A DNA stretch of 64,000 nt from Opitutaceae bacterium (GTDB lineage Bacteria > Verrucomicrobiota > Verrucomicrobiia > Opitutales > Opitutaceae). The first letter of the stretch is position 1; every line of letters starts with the position of its first letter. The notes beneath the pieces are model-generated. The model was not told the origin of the DNA. It did not search any database and saw only the letters and a list, made by a program, of their open reading frames with translations. Of this stretch, positions 37,569-46,982 are shown one piece after another. The position numbers were made by a program, and so were the translations under genes. The DNA lies in contig JBNKFW010000017.1 of assembly GCA_050289505.1 (NCBI GenBank), positions 13,783-77,782 of the forward strand, read 5' to 3'.

Positions 37569-37605
37569 AAAGCCCTGGAATTCCTAGTGAATCCCAGGGC
37601 TTTTT
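37569..37605 (+). terminator. Attenuator terminator
   Basis: AAAGCCCTGG (37569-37578) and CCAGGGCTTT (37594-37603) plus a T-tract. The competing antiterminator TTCCAGGG (37520-37527) pairs with CCCTGGAA (37573-37580). Confidence 0.85.
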
Positions 37606-37651
37606 GCATGTCCCGAACTTCCATCCCACCTCCCTTAAACGATTTTTAAAC

Positions 37652-38731
37652 ATGAATGCTATCATCCGACCCAGACCAGTAATTGAATCCGACTTGCCAG
37701 CGGAAGCGGCAGGCGACTGCACGGCTACCGTTATCCCGGCGCCATCTAAAATCAGAGGAGACATTCCTCTTAGCCCAACGGCTTTGGCAACGGTTGCGAA
37801 AGCTCGTAGCGAGATAGCGGATATCTTGAGCGGGCGGGATGAGGATCGCATGCTGGTGGTATGCGGTCCGTGCTCCATCGACGATGTCAATTCCGCGCTT
37901 GTTTACGCCGAACGCTTGCGTCGTCTCGCCTCGGAAGTGGAAGACCGAGTTTTGATTGTGATGCGGACCTACTTCGAGAAACCCAGAAGCGTAGTCGGAT
38001 GGAAGGGGATGCTTTACGATCCTCTCTCCAGCAGCGAAAATAGCCCGACAGCGGGGATCGCCATTGCCCGGAGATTAGTGGCTCGGATTACCGACTGCGG
38101 ACTCGCCTGCGCGACTGAATTCCTCAACCCGCTGCTAGCTCTCTACTTGGAGGATGCGATTGCGTACGGCTCCATTGGATCGCGTACCGTCGAGAGCCAG
38201 GTACATCGCGAACTCGCTAGTCGTCTAAATATGCCGATGGGAATGAAAAACGGGATGGATGGAAGTTTGGCGTCTTCGGTAAATGCCGTTCAGTCTGCAA
38301 AGGCAGCGCATTTGTTCTTCGGTCAAAACCTGCATGGCAATGCCTGTATGGTGCAGACGGAAGGCAATACAAACGCCCATTTGATCCTACGTGGAGGTAC
38401 GAGCGGTCCGAATTTCGATGCGCAGAGTATCGATAAAGCGGTGGAAGGGGGACGCCAGTTAGGACTGCAGCGTCCGGTGGTCGTTGATTGTTCTCATGGA
38501 AACTCCCAGAAGGATCATCGTAGGCAATCTGTTGTCGTCGAGGAGGTTTTGAGGCAGGTTCAGTCGGGGCAAAAAGGTATCGCGGGAATCATGCTCGAGA
38601 GTCACTTGATGGAAGGTAGACAGGACGTAGATCCCGGAGAAATGCGGAAATTCGGGCAATCTATTACGGATGCTTGTATTGGTTGGAAGGATACCGAATA
38701 CCTCATTCGGAAGTTGGCGGCCGAGTTCTAA
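37652..38731 (+). CDS. 3-deoxy-7-phosphoheptulonate (DAHP) synthase, class I-alpha (AroF/G/H family)
   Basis: GPCSIDD, MRTYFEKPRS, ESQVHRELAS, DCSHGNS, MLESHL and SITDACIGW. Confidence 0.95.
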   Translation: MNAIIRPRPVIESDLPAEAAGDCTATVIPAPSKIRGDIPLSPTALATVAKARSEIADILSGRDEDRMLVVCGPCSIDDVNSALVYAERLRRLASEVEDRVLIVMRTYFEKPRSVVGWKGMLYDPLSSSENSPTAGIAIARRLVARITDCGLACATEFLNPLLALYLEDAIAYGSIGSRTVESQVHRELASRLNMPMGMKNGMDGSLASSVNAVQSAKAAHLFFGQNLHGNACMVQTEGNTNAHLILRGGTSGPNFDAQSIDKAVEGGRQLGLQRPVVVDCSHGNSQKDHRRQSVVVEEVLRQVQSGQKGIAGIMLESHLMEGRQDVDPGEMRKFGQSITDACIGWKDTEYLIRKLAAEF

Positions 38732-38898
38732 AATACCCTATAAGCGCCCTCCACGAGGTACTTGGGGAAGAAGAACCAAGGGGGCGCGTATGGGAGAAGA
38801 CTCAGGGGCGGCGGAAAGTTCCTCAGGTAAAAACGGGAGAATCCATCAAGTTCGATCAGGGCGGTACAGAAGGGCTCGCGGAACCCGTTTCCGTGCCC

Positions 38899-40449
38899 AT
38901 GCAACTCAGAATCCCACAACTCAAATTTTCCAATTTTAGACTAGCTCGACTGTGTTTAGTCTTCCTGATTTCCGCTATTAGCGCCTCTGTTTACGCGGAC
39001 GAAGTCGTACTGAGCTGGAGCGACAACTCCGATAATGAAGACGGCTTCTGTATAGAGCGAGCAATCGGCGACGGCGCTTTCGAGGAACTTGCCCAGGTCG
39101 GAGTAGATGTTGAGACTTACACGGACACGACGGCGCAAGCAGGCGTAGACTATCGTTACCGAGTTAATGCCTTCAATGCCTTTGGCTACTCTGGCTACAC
39201 GAACGTTGCGAGCCACTATATTAACGTAGCGCCAAACCTTACCGATATTGCGGACGTTTCCGTGGAAGAGAACGAGATGACTGCGGAGATCGTATTCAGC
39301 GTGAGCGATTTCGAAACAGCGGGAAGCGAATTGAGCGTATCGATCTCTAGTAGCAATTCGGAGTTGCTGGACGCTTCGGCTGTGACGGTCGTGAGCAATG
39401 GCGCCGACAGATCTTTTTCGCTGATTCCGTCGCTTAATGTCGCCGGAGAAAGCACAATCACGGTAACCGTATCGGATGGGGAAGATTCGAGCAGCAAGGA
39501 TTTCCTATTCGCGGTTAATGCCTTCGTCTATCCGACGCTTCAGCTGTCTTGGGAATCGATAGGATCACAACCTAGAGCGGGCGAGCCGTTCCTCGTGCAA
39601 ACAAGCGTGAGCGATACGACTTTCGTTTCCTCGGTCAGTTATTGGCTAGCGGGGGAACTCGTGGAAACGGTAGCTCAGGCTCCCTACGAGGCGTCTATCT
39701 CGATTTCGGAAACGGGAACGTTCACCCTTTCAGCGGTCGCCGACATTACGGGTCGGGATCAAGACGTGACGGCCGATGAACTGGTCGCAGTTTCGGACGC
39801 TCCGGCGGCCAGTGAGTTTGTTGACAATTTGGCGACCTTGTCCGTCGACGAATCCTCGGCAACGGGTTCCGCGAGCTACGACCTAGCGACGGATAGTTTC
39901 TTGCTCCAGGACGAAAGCGGCCTGATTTCCGGCACCTCCGATACGCATCGCTACTATTACTTGCGAGCTCAGGGCAATGTGTCGATCCAAGCGCAGATCG
40001 CTTCTCTTGACGCGGCATCAAACGGTTCCGTAGCGGGATTGATGATCCGCTCCGCCCTCTATGGCAAAGCGCCTCAAGCATCGTTGCTCGTGAGCGGAGG
40101 CTCGCAGCTGAGCGCGAGGACGCGTGAAGCGAAGGGCGATGGCACCGCCGAGCGCCAGCTTTCAGGGGCTGTAGCAGCGAATCCTTGGCTGCGTATCGAA
40201 AAGGTAGGCTCTAGCTTGCGCTACTACTATAAGGAAACCGCTGGAGCTAACTGGACGCTCGTAGGCGAGGATACGATCGATTTGGGCAATGAGGTATTCT
40301 TCGGTTTCGCCTTAGCAGGCGGCCCAGCCGAGGGACTCGCTTCGGCGAGCTTCACTCGAGCCCAATTGGAGGGAGATATCCTCACGCTAGGGGACGGAGC
40401 GGTAAAGCCCAGCATCCCGAGCGGTCTTCTCATCAGTAGCGTAGATTGA
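38899..40449 (+). CDS. Secreted multidomain protein (fibronectin III, Ig-like domains, ConA/DUF1349-like domain)
   Basis: Signal peptide. LSWSDNSDNEDGFCIER...YRYRVNAFN (FN3). AGLMIR and PWLRIEKVG in the C-terminal domain. Confidence 0.8.
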   Translation: MQLRIPQLKFSNFRLARLCLVFLISAISASVYADEVVLSWSDNSDNEDGFCIERAIGDGAFEELAQVGVDVETYTDTTAQAGVDYRYRVNAFNAFGYSGYTNVASHYINVAPNLTDIADVSVEENEMTAEIVFSVSDFETAGSELSVSISSSNSELLDASAVTVVSNGADRSFSLIPSLNVAGESTITVTVSDGEDSSSKDFLFAVNAFVYPTLQLSWESIGSQPRAGEPFLVQTSVSDTTFVSSVSYWLAGELVETVAQAPYEASISISETGTFTLSAVADITGRDQDVTADELVAVSDAPAASEFVDNLATLSVDESSATGSASYDLATDSFLLQDESGLISGTSDTHRYYYLRAQGNVSIQAQIASLDAASNGSVAGLMIRSALYGKAPQASLLVSGGSQLSARTREAKGDGTAERQLSGAVAANPWLRIEKVGSSLRYYYKETAGANWTLVGEDTIDLGNEVFFGFALAGGPAEGLASASFTRAQLEGDILTLGDGAVKPSIPSGLLISSVD

Positions 40450-40584
40450 TAATTGCGAAATCGACTCATTCAGGTGAACCGGAACCGCTTGAGTTGTGGA
40501 GGGTCCTAGTTCAGGACCTAAAGAGCCAAAATCAAAGAGGCTCGTCCTGAACTAGGTAATCCTCGAAACTTGCGAACATTCACT

Positions 40585-41124
40585 ATGAAAAAACTTATCT
40601 GCCTCACCCTTCTTTCGCTCCTCTTCAGCGGCTCTTCTGCTTTCGCTGCAAAAAAGAAAGTGCTCGACGCCAAGATCAATCAAGCGATCGAGGAGTTCTA
40701 CGAGTACAGCGCAGCCGGAAAGGAATTAGCTGAAGATGCCGCGGGTATGCTGGTCTTCCCAACGGTTGGGAAAGCTGGACTCGGCGTTGGCGGCGAATAT
40801 GGCGAGGGCGCTCTTTTCGTGAAAGGGAAGAATGTGGGTTACTACAGTACTGCAAGCGCCTCGATTGGATTCCAGATCGGAGTGCAAAGCCGTTCGCAGA
40901 TCATTCTCTTTCTGGAAAAGTCCGCTTTGAAGAAATTCCAAAGCAGCGAAGGTTGGGAAGTCGGAGTCGATGGCAGCGTTGCGATCGCCAATATCGGCGC
41001 GGGCGGAGAAATCGATTCCAAGACCTTGAACGAGCCCGTGGTGGCTTTTGTCTACGGCAACAAGGGCTTGATGTATAATCTCTCCCTCGAAGGGTCGAAG
41101 ATCACGAAGATCGACAAGGACTAA
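40585..41124 (+). CDS. SYLF/Ysc84-related lipid-binding domain protein, exported
   Basis: LVFPTVGKAGLGVGGEYGEG, SIGFQIG and KGLMYNLSLEGSK. Confidence 0.88.
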   Translation: MKKLICLTLLSLLFSGSSAFAAKKKVLDAKINQAIEEFYEYSAAGKELAEDAAGMLVFPTVGKAGLGVGGEYGEGALFVKGKNVGYYSTASASIGFQIGVQSRSQIILFLEKSALKKFQSSEGWEVGVDGSVAIANIGAGGEIDSKTLNEPVVAFVYGNKGLMYNLSLEGSKITKIDKD

Positions 41125-41128
41125 GCTT

Positions 41129-42412
41129 TTACTCGGCGAGCCTCTCGATCAGTCGCAGAGGCAGATCCGATTTTTCGTTTTCGTAGAGAATCTGCAGCCC
41201 CATGCTTTCGCCGTTTTTTAGCGGTATTGGAATTGTGAGTACGGGACAGCGGGCAAAACTTCCAGGAGCAGTGATCGCTAGGAGCTCGTTGCGAAATGCA
41301 TCCGTATGCTGCTTTGCTGAAATTGCCGGTGATTGAGTGGCCGGGAGTACGATAAAGTCGTATTCCTTGAAACAGGTGTCGAAAAAGCTTCGCGTTGCCG
41401 CTTCGCCGCGGCAAGCTGCGTTGATCTGGTCCTCGGTCCAATTTCGACCGCGATCCAAACGTTGCCAGACCACGGGGTCGTAGCGGCACTTGTGACTGTC
41501 CAGCCACGACTTGTGCACATTGAAAGCGTCGATGCTCTGCAACACGGCATAGTGAGAGGCGACGTTGCGAGTACTGTCTAGATAGCTGGCATTTGCCGAG
41601 GCTTCTTTAGTTACGTTCAGTCGTTCGAGTGTATCCGTGCAACGGTTACGGAACTCGTCGGGTAAATTGGGGACTGCATCGATGAGGCTTATTCCTCTTG
41701 CTTTTGATCTGCGCTCAGAATCGGTGGGAATCAGCGTTTTGATAACCTTCGCCATATCCGCAGCGGTGGCCGTGAACCAACCGGCCGTGTCGAAGCTAGG
41801 AGCGAGGGGAAAACATCCCTTGCTTGACCATTCGTTTGGCGAAAGCCGCAAGCCGAAAAGTCCGCACCAGGCGGCGGGTACGCGTATCGATCCACCTGTA
41901 TCCGTTCCGGTGGCGACTGGGACGATTCCAGAGCGTACCGCCCAGGCGGAGCCACTGCTCGAGCCTCCGCTTACGCGCTCGGGAAAAACGGGATGGGGAC
42001 AATCGCCAAATGTCAGGTTTTCGCCGGATAGTCCGTAGGCGAATTCGTTGAGATGAGTCTTTCCAGCGAAGACTGCGCCCGCTTCTCGAAGCGATGCGGA
42101 CAGGGCGGACTCGCTGCTCGGTTCCGGGCGCAGCTCCGCGAGGAAGCTTGAGGACGCCGTGGTGGGGTAACCCGGAAAGTCGTAGAGATCCTTGAGGAGG
42201 AAAGGGACGCCTGAAAGCGGATTGGATGGGGTTTGGCAGGACTCTGCGAAGTGGGCCGTTATGGCCGGGAGAGTGGGTACGGCCGCGAAGACGCGGTCTC
42301 GGGTTGACTGCGGTATTGAGGCGATGCTGTCGAGAAGCGCCCGAGCGGCACGCTCTGGAGAGGCATGGGCGAGTTCTTGCCAGTCGCTTATCGATTTGGG
42401 CTTCGAGGGCAT
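41129..42412 (-). CDS. Amidase signature family protein
   Basis: LKDLYD, GKTHLNEFAYG, GGSSSGS and GTDTGGSIRVPA. Confidence 0.93.
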   Translation of the reverse strand: MPSKPKSISDWQELAHASPERAARALLDSIASIPQSTRDRVFAAVPTLPAITAHFAESCQTPSNPLSGVPFLLKDLYDFPGYPTTASSSFLAELRPEPSSESALSASLREAGAVFAGKTHLNEFAYGLSGENLTFGDCPHPVFPERVSGGSSSGSAWAVRSGIVPVATGTDTGGSIRVPAAWCGLFGLRLSPNEWSSKGCFPLAPSFDTAGWFTATAADMAKVIKTLIPTDSERRSKARGISLIDAVPNLPDEFRNRCTDTLERLNVTKEASANASYLDSTRNVASHYAVLQSIDAFNVHKSWLDSHKCRYDPVVWQRLDRGRNWTEDQINAACRGEAATRSFFDTCFKEYDFIVLPATQSPAISAKQHTDAFRNELLAITAPGSFARCPVLTIPIPLKNGESMGLQILYENEKSDLPLRLIERLAE

Positions 42413-42428
42413 TCCGAGCAGAATAGGT

Positions 42429-42818
42429 CTATCGGGAAACGATAGGAAGTTTGGCCGCCTTCCACGCGTTGATGCCGCCGGCCAAATTTACGATTTTCGT
42501 GTATCCCTTCGATTCAAGAAAGGCGGCTGCTTGGCCGCTTCGGTTTCCAGAGCGACAGTAGATCAACAGGGTCTTGTCTTGGGGAAGCTCCAGTAGCTTT
42601 TCCGCGAATCCCTTGGCGTTGTAGTCGAGTTCTTGGGCGTTTTCCAGTTTTGCCTCCTTGGTTTCCGCGGGAGTTCGCACGTCGATCAGGAGTGTGTCTT
42701 CGGTTCCGATTAAAGCTGCGAATTGCTGGGGGCTTGCTTGTTGGACGTCCGCGGAAAGCGAGGACGCGAGTAGTGCCGCGAAAATAAAGAGAGGGGCGAA
42801 AAGCGATTTCATGGTCAT
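42429..42818 (-). CDS. Exported rhodanese-like domain protein
   Basis: LIDVRTPAE, IYCRSGNRS and NLAGGINAW. Confidence 0.9.
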   Translation of the reverse strand: MTMKSLFAPLFIFAALLASSLSADVQQASPQQFAALIGTEDTLLIDVRTPAETKEAKLENAQELDYNAKGFAEKLLELPQDKTLLIYCRSGNRSGQAAAFLESKGYTKIVNLAGGINAWKAAKLPIVSR

Positions 42819-42971
42819 GATTGAGATTGTTTTTATTCCCCAGAGCAACAGCTGTCGCAAGACCGGGTGAAGCATTCGTCGCAGAGAGGCAGGTTGCTGG
42901 ACTCGAGGAGAGCGGCTCCGCAGCTTTCGCAGCGATCGATGGTTTCTTTCGTAGGCTCAGGCATTCTTCCA

Positions 42972-43015
42972 AAATAAAAAAGCCGCTCTCGAGCAAGGTC
43001 GAGAACGGCTTTGAA
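42972..43015 (-). terminator. Rho-independent terminator after deaD
   Basis: On the minus strand: AAAGCCGTTCTCGA...TCGAGAGCGGCTTTTTTATTTT. Confidence 0.8.
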
Positions 43016-43034
43016 ATTTTATTGGTATGCCAAA

Positions 43035-44843
43035 TTACTTTTCGAAGTGGTTACGGCGTTTTTCGACGACGCGCGACATCTGTAGTTGCTGACCGGATAC
43101 CCATGCCTTTTTCAAGACCTTGAGCACTTCCTTCGGCATGCCCTTCGGGAGGTCGACGGTGCTGAAGTCGTCGTAGATCTCGATGCGGCCAATGAACTTG
43201 GCTTCGAGTCCGGCTTCGTTGGCGATGGCTCCGACGATGTTGCCTGGCTTAACCTGGTGGTTGTGCCCGACTTCGACGCGGTAGCGGTCGATATCCGCTT
43301 CTGGAGGAGGGACGTTGGCGCTGCGCTCGGCGCGTTCTGGACGTTCCGAGCGTTCTGGACGAGCGCGGCCGGAATCGAAGCTGCGCTCTGGACGGTCGCG
43401 CTCGAAAGAACGCTCGCGACGTGGTCCGCGGTCGCGGTCAAAATCGCGGTCGTTACGTGGTCCGCGCGATTCGCGGCGCGGTTCACGGTCGAAAGAATTG
43501 GAAGAAGAGGCGGACGGGAGCGACTTGCCCGCCTGTAGCATCTTAAGAAGGGCAGCTGCCAGTGTTTCCGCGTCGGTTTCGAGACTTGCCAAGGCGTCGG
43601 TGACAGCGGTCTGCTCGCGACTGATCTTTCCTTCAGCGATGATTTCGCCGATTTGCTTCTCCAGTTTGTTCTGGCGAATCTGGGCGATGAGTTCCCGCGA
43701 TGGAGGCGGCATCGGCTGCATCTGCTGGCGGGTGGTGTCCTCGATATTGCGAAGCTTGCGGAAGTCGCGCTTGGTCAAGAGCAGGATCGCTTCGCCGCTA
43801 CGGCCGGCTCGTCCAGCGCGGCCGATACGGTGAATGTAGGGTTCCGCGTCGTCCGGTATGTCGAAGTTGAATACGTGGGAAATGCGGTCTACGTCGAGTC
43901 CGCGGGCGGCGACGTCGGTTGCCACGAGGATGTTGATCTTTCCTTCCTTGAGAAGGGAGACGGCCCGTTCGCGCTTCGCTTGGGAGATGTCGCCGTGGAT
44001 CGCTTCAACGGCGTGGCCGGAGGATGCGAGTTGGTCGGCGATTTCGCTGGCGGCGGATTTGGTGCGAGTGAAAACGATCGCTCCGTCAAGCTCTTCGGTT
44101 TCCAGGAGATTTCCGAGAACCTCGATCTTGTGCCCCATGCCGTTGCACTTGATGAAGCGTTGGCGAACGGTGGAAACAGTCGCGGTGCTGGTTTTGATGG
44201 CAACCGTGACTGGATCCTTGAGCTGTTTCTTAGCGATGGCGGCGATACGTGGCGGCATCGTGGCGGAGAAGAGAGCGGTTTGGCGCTCGGCAGGCGTGTG
44301 CTCGAGGATCCACTCCACGTCTTCGATGAAGCCCATGCGCAGCATTTCGTCCGCTTCGTCGAGGATGACGTGGGAAATGCGCGAGAGGTCGAGGCTGCCG
44401 CGACGGATGTGGTCCATGATACGGCCCGGCGTGCCCACTACGATGGCAGGCTTGCGCTCCAAGGCGCGGAATTGGCGTGTGAAGTCGGTACCGCCGTAAA
44501 TTGCGGTGACTCCGAGCTTCTTAACGTTGCGGCCGTAATTGGATATCGCTTCGGATACCTGCAGGGCGAGCTCGCGAGTTGGTGCGAGGACGATGGCTTT
44601 CGGGCCTTCGTCAGCTGCGTCCAGCATGGAAAGGAGAGGAAGCGCGAAGGCGGCGGTCTTGCCGGTGCCTGTTTGGGCTTGCCCGATGAGGTCGCGTCCG
44701 GAAAGGACTACGGGAATCGCCTTGGCCTGGATCGGCGAGGGCGTTTCGTAACCGATTTCGACGAGTGCGTCTTGTACCGGTTGGCTTAGAGATAGATCCG
44801 CGAAGCGGACAGATTGTTTCTGTTCGATTTCTTGTTCAGACAT
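43035..44843 (-). CDS. deaD: DEAD-box RNA helicase DeaD/CsdA
   Basis: Q motif, AQTGTGKT, PTRELA, DEAD, SAT, HRIGRAGR and C-terminal DbpA RNA-binding domain. Confidence 0.96.
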   Translation of the reverse strand: MSEQEIEQKQSVRFADLSLSQPVQDALVEIGYETPSPIQAKAIPVVLSGRDLIGQAQTGTGKTAAFALPLLSMLDAADEGPKAIVLAPTRELALQVSEAISNYGRNVKKLGVTAIYGGTDFTRQFRALERKPAIVVGTPGRIMDHIRRGSLDLSRISHVILDEADEMLRMGFIEDVEWILEHTPAERQTALFSATMPPRIAAIAKKQLKDPVTVAIKTSTATVSTVRQRFIKCNGMGHKIEVLGNLLETEELDGAIVFTRTKSAASEIADQLASSGHAVEAIHGDISQAKRERAVSLLKEGKINILVATDVAARGLDVDRISHVFNFDIPDDAEPYIHRIGRAGRAGRSGEAILLLTKRDFRKLRNIEDTTRQQMQPMPPPSRELIAQIRQNKLEKQIGEIIAEGKISREQTAVTDALASLETDAETLAAALLKMLQAGKSLPSASSSNSFDREPRRESRGPRNDRDFDRDRGPRRERSFERDRPERSFDSGRARPERSERPERAERSANVPPPEADIDRYRVEVGHNHQVKPGNIVGAIANEAGLEAKFIGRIEIYDDFSTVDLPKGMPKEVLKVLKKAWVSGQQLQMSRVVEKRRNHFEK

Positions 44844-45049
44844 GGTCTGCTTTTGGCTAATTGACCGCAAAGGCACACGCGTCGTGCGTCGCTCAAAACG
44901 ATCTGATTATAAGCCGGCAGCTGTAATTTGTCCCAACAAGTAGCCCCAGCTCACGATGTGAAGGTTGCGGTCGATGACATGCAAATCAGAAACCGCAAGG
45001 TTTATTTTTGGATTGGCTTGTGGCGGCGAGTGGGCCTTTTGGTGTCGCA

Positions 45050-45772
45050 ATGAGTTTTGACTACGAAGAATTGGACTACCAGCCAACTGAATTGGGCGAC
45101 CTGATGCTGCGTCGCCGGCGCTTGCCGCAGTTGGGCGATGTGGACATTTTCGAAGTGAAGCTCGGCGAGTATTTCCTGATGTCGTCTCTCTACCATGAGG
45201 CGGAGTGGCAACTCTCGAAGCTCGGATTGGCGGCGACCGAAGGCGAAGATTTGGATGTGGTCGTGGGCGGCTTAGGCCTTGGCTACACTGCGGTTTCCGC
45301 CTTGGAGGACGAACGCGTGAAGTCGCTCGTGGTGGTGGACTACCTGAAGCCGGTGATCGAGTGGCATCAAAAGGGTCTGGTACCGATGGGCGAAACGTTA
45401 AACCTCGACGAACGTTGCCGGCTCGTGCACGAGGACTTCTTTGGCCTGTCGCGCGATGTAAGCAAGAGCTTCGATCCGCTGTATCCGGAAAAGAAGCACG
45501 ACGCAATTTTGCTGGATATAGACCACACGCCGACGAATGTGCTGCACCAGACCAATACGCGTTTCTATACGGAGGAAGGGCTGCGCGAGATGGCGACTCG
45601 GCTGAAGCCGCGCGGCGTTTTTGCCCTGTGGGCGGATGGCGAGCCTGAGGAATCCTTTACGCAACACTTGGGAACGGTTTTTGGCGAGGTCGCCTCGCAT
45701 AAGGTCGTGTTTGCGAATCCTGTGACTAAGGGCGAATCCTGCGGGGCGGTCTATGTCGCTAAACTCGTGTAG
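45050..45772 (+). CDS. Spermidine synthase-like SAM-dependent transferase
   Basis: VVVGGLGLGYT, DAILLDIDHTP and LKPRGVFALW. Confidence 0.85.
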   Translation: MSFDYEELDYQPTELGDLMLRRRRLPQLGDVDIFEVKLGEYFLMSSLYHEAEWQLSKLGLAATEGEDLDVVVGGLGLGYTAVSALEDERVKSLVVVDYLKPVIEWHQKGLVPMGETLNLDERCRLVHEDFFGLSRDVSKSFDPLYPEKKHDAILLDIDHTPTNVLHQTNTRFYTEEGLREMATRLKPRGVFALWADGEPEESFTQHLGTVFGEVASHKVVFANPVTKGESCGAVYVAKLV

Positions 45773-45773
45773 T

Positions 45774-46451
45774 ATGAATAGATTACTGAAGCGTTGTAAG
45801 GAGGGCGTTAAGGCCAACGTATTGCCCGGCTTGATTTTGCAGGCGATCGCCTGCGTGGTGGTAGGCGTTTACTACCTGCTGCCGGAGGCGAGAGGGGCTT
45901 ATGACTGGATCGCGGAGGTGAAAGTTGAATACGGTTATTGGTATTCGATGATCACGACTGGAGTGTTCGGCGGGCTGTTGCCGTTCTTTTATCTAGCGGC
46001 GGTTGGCAAGGTGGAGCGAAGCGACTTTTGGGTAGTGGGGCTGTTTTTCCTTGGGGCTTGGAGCTGGAAGGGGATCGAAATCGATTTCCTCTATCGGATG
46101 CAGGCGATCATGTTTGGCAGCGATAACGAGACGATGACGGTGGTGAAGAAAGTCATGTTTGACCAATTCGTCTTTTGTCCGATTTGGTCGGCCCCGGTGA
46201 CCGCTTTGCTGTATCGCTGGAAGGACTGCGGATTTTCGTGGAGACGGTTTAAGCGGGAATTGGATCGGGATTTTTTCGTGATGGAGGTGCTTGGCGTATT
46301 GGTCGCGATTTGGGTGGTGTGGATTCCGGGTACGGCTTTCATTTACTCGATGCCAAGTCCGTTGCAGTTGCCGCTTTTCCAATTGGTGCTTTGCTTTTTC
46401 GTCTTGCTGGTGAGCGTGCTGGGAAAGAAGCGGGTCGACAGGGCGGTTTAG
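45774..46451 (+). CDS. Membrane protein, Mpv17/PMP22-like
   Basis: Multiple TM helices, KKVMFDQFVFCPIW, and W..WIP motif. Confidence 0.65.
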   Translation: MNRLLKRCKEGVKANVLPGLILQAIACVVVGVYYLLPEARGAYDWIAEVKVEYGYWYSMITTGVFGGLLPFFYLAAVGKVERSDFWVVGLFFLGAWSWKGIEIDFLYRMQAIMFGSDNETMTVVKKVMFDQFVFCPIWSAPVTALLYRWKDCGFSWRRFKRELDRDFFVMEVLGVLVAIWVVWIPGTAFIYSMPSPLQLPLFQLVLCFFVLLVSVLGKKRVDRAV

Positions 46452-46503
46452 TTTCGGACGTTTTTGATTGTTGGTTCAAGGACGGAGGCTAGTTTCGCGA
46501 GAT

Positions 46504-46746
46504 ATGTCAGAAGAGTCTATTAACGAGCGGCGCGAAGTTGCGTTACGCGGTGAATTCGTCGAGCTGAACAAGCTGCTGAAATTCGAGAACGTGGTGATGA
46601 GCGGAGGCGAAGCGAAGCAGATCATCAGTTCCGGGCTCGTTTTGGTCGACGGCGAAGTGGAAGAGCGGGTGCGTCGCAAGCTAGTCGCTGGCAATCGCGT
46701 ACAGGTCGCCGATCTGGAACTCGTAATCGTCGCCAAGCCGCAATGA
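46504..46746 (+). CDS. S4-domain RNA-binding protein (YbcJ/YaaA-like)
   Basis: VELNKLLK, SGGEAK and VDGEVEERVRRKL. Confidence 0.9.
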   Translation: MSEESINERREVALRGEFVELNKLLKFENVVMSGGEAKQIISSGLVLVDGEVEERVRRKLVAGNRVQVADLELVIVAKPQ

Positions 46747-46979
46747 GCTTCGAGCCTCCAGGTTATTGCCCAAACTGCGGGGAGTATGTGGAGGAGGGTG
46801 ACGCTGCTTGCGAGAGCTGCGGCAGTTGCGCCGATACTGGATGGAGCGAAGACTCGGTTTACGATGGTTTGGAACTTCCCGAGGACGAGCCAAGGGAGGC
46901 GCGCGAAAGTCGCGTGCTAGGAACGGTCGTCAGTCTCGGGCTTTTAGCGCTTCTCGTTTATGTATTCGTTTTCCGGTGA
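46743..46979 (+). CDS. Small zinc-ribbon membrane protein
   Basis: CPNCG...CESCG plus a C-terminal TM helix. ATGA overlap with the previous gene. Confidence 0.75.
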   Translation: MSFEPPGYCPNCGEYVEEGDAACESCGSCADTGWSEDSVYDGLELPEDEPREARESRVLGTVVSLGLLALLVYVFVFR

Positions 46980-46982
46980 CAT

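Noticed and set aside
38674-38898. Extended N-terminus of the FN3 protein overlapping the DAHP synthase
   Set aside because: The signal peptide begins after the ATG at 38899. The upstream stretch looks regulatory.
43653-44789. 378-aa plus-strand ORF opposite deaD, and similar shadows over GH115, btuF, mlaE and hisA
   Set aside because: These are antisense frames of well-supported genes, explained by high third-position GC.
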